A stretch of DNA of 64,000 nucleotides from Azolla caroliniana (Eukaryota; Plantae; Polypodiophyta), in NCBI GenBank assembly GCA_043228905.1, contig JBHGNT010000004.1:124001-188000 (forward strand), read 5' to 3'. A program made the position numbers and the translations under genes. The notes below the pieces were generated by a model that ran no database searches, had not been told where the DNA came from, and saw only the letters and a program-made list of their open reading frames with translations. Below, piece after piece: positions 62,955-64,000 of the stretch (position 1 is its first letter; each line of letters begins with the position of its first letter).

Positions 62955-64000
62955 AAGTCTTGAGCCAATATGTTTCGGTCAAGGGTTAACTTGGAGGAGG
63001 ATTGTTGGATCAAAAAAAGATCATGAAGCATCAAAAGTTAGAAAGAGATGGAACATAAGTGTGGGGCCACTTTTAGAGAATATTATAATGCAATAAAGAT
63101 TTACTATTGAAATTGGGAATGAGTCATTGAGTGGTAAAGACAAATGAAGAAATATGGAATACATAGTAAAGTGCATATTTGAAGTCAAAGTGTCATATTT
63201 GAATTTTACCTTAGCAATGTTGAAATAAGTGTGGTGACATATACATTTGATTGTACCCCCTTGTACTCTTTATCCAGAATTTTATACAATGTCATCATCA
63301 TTTAAAGAGAGAAAATATTAAATGGCACCACCTCATAGTCCTTTTTCTCATACTTGTCAATGTTCCAAAATAATATGCCTAACCTAGTACCCGTTGAACG
63401 TGATTAACAATTGCATTGTCTTTGAATGGTACATGGTAGGCGAAATGAGGAGACTTTGCATGCATACCATGTGGTTGTTCGTAATGCCATGGCCCAATGA
63501 GTCGACTTGTGTTGATGAGTTTTCCCACACATTTGAAATTTGAAACCACGTCATTGACATTCGAATTTCATGGAAAGTGTCACTGATCCTTTCTTAGGAA
63601 ATCTCGTCCAAGTTTGGGTGAGAAGGATATAAGGCATATAGATCTTCCGTCCTGCTTAACAATGTGAAGCGATGGACCCATCGAGTTCCGGACGTGTAGA
63701 GATGGGGGGAGAGCAAGCCATGGGGATTGGGAAACCTTCAATGGTTTTGATTTGTGTGGTCATGGTGGAGAATCTGATACGATGCATTTAACTACTACCT
63801 TAAAAGCTTCCTGTTTTTAAGGGGTCTGATGCCAAGTGTTCGGAAAACTACATTCTAGAAAAGAAAAGAGATACGTATGGATTGGTTATATAAACACGTT
63901 AAAAATAAGAAGAAATCATTCATCTCCATCTCCATCTCCATCTCCATCTCCTACATTTCCATCGATCAAAAAGGATATTTTGTTAATCAATAGTCAGTCA
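62955..64000 (+). promoter_or_regulatory. Duplicated oleosin promoter/5'UTR start (third array unit; CDS expected beyond the window)
   Basis: Colinear with 50783-52000, including CATGCA 63459, CCACGT 63546, GCCAAGTGTT 63831, TATATAAA 63887 and (CCATCT)n. Confidence 0.85.

Noticed and set aside
1-64000. rRNA, tRNA or prokaryotic/HGT operon
   Set aside because: None recognised; the only tRNA-related sequence is the copia PBS. The intronless genes belong to ordinary plant families.

Overview
Eukaryotic land-plant nuclear DNA, probably a fern (inferred from the PLS-PPR motif style and LINE families; not proven). Eight protein-coding genes: an intronless GT4 glycosyltransferase, a PLS/E-type PPR, a 25-exon peroxisomal ABCD transporter (CTS/PXA1-like), COQ6, a STIG1-like cysteine-rich protein, an uncharacterised DxD-type sugar-transferase-like gene with a probable GC-AG intron, and two oleosins. 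The best lead is the first oleosin, a natural head-to-tail double oleosin with two complete proline-knot hairpins fused in frame at the second copy's start Met. It lies in a tandem oleosin array whose third promoter ends the window. Mobile DNA includes a decayed full-length Ty1/copia with a nested solo LTR, four other solo LTRs (three from one family), three L1-like remnants and one non-L1 LINE remnant. All coordinates and alignments were read by eye; no database searches were run.
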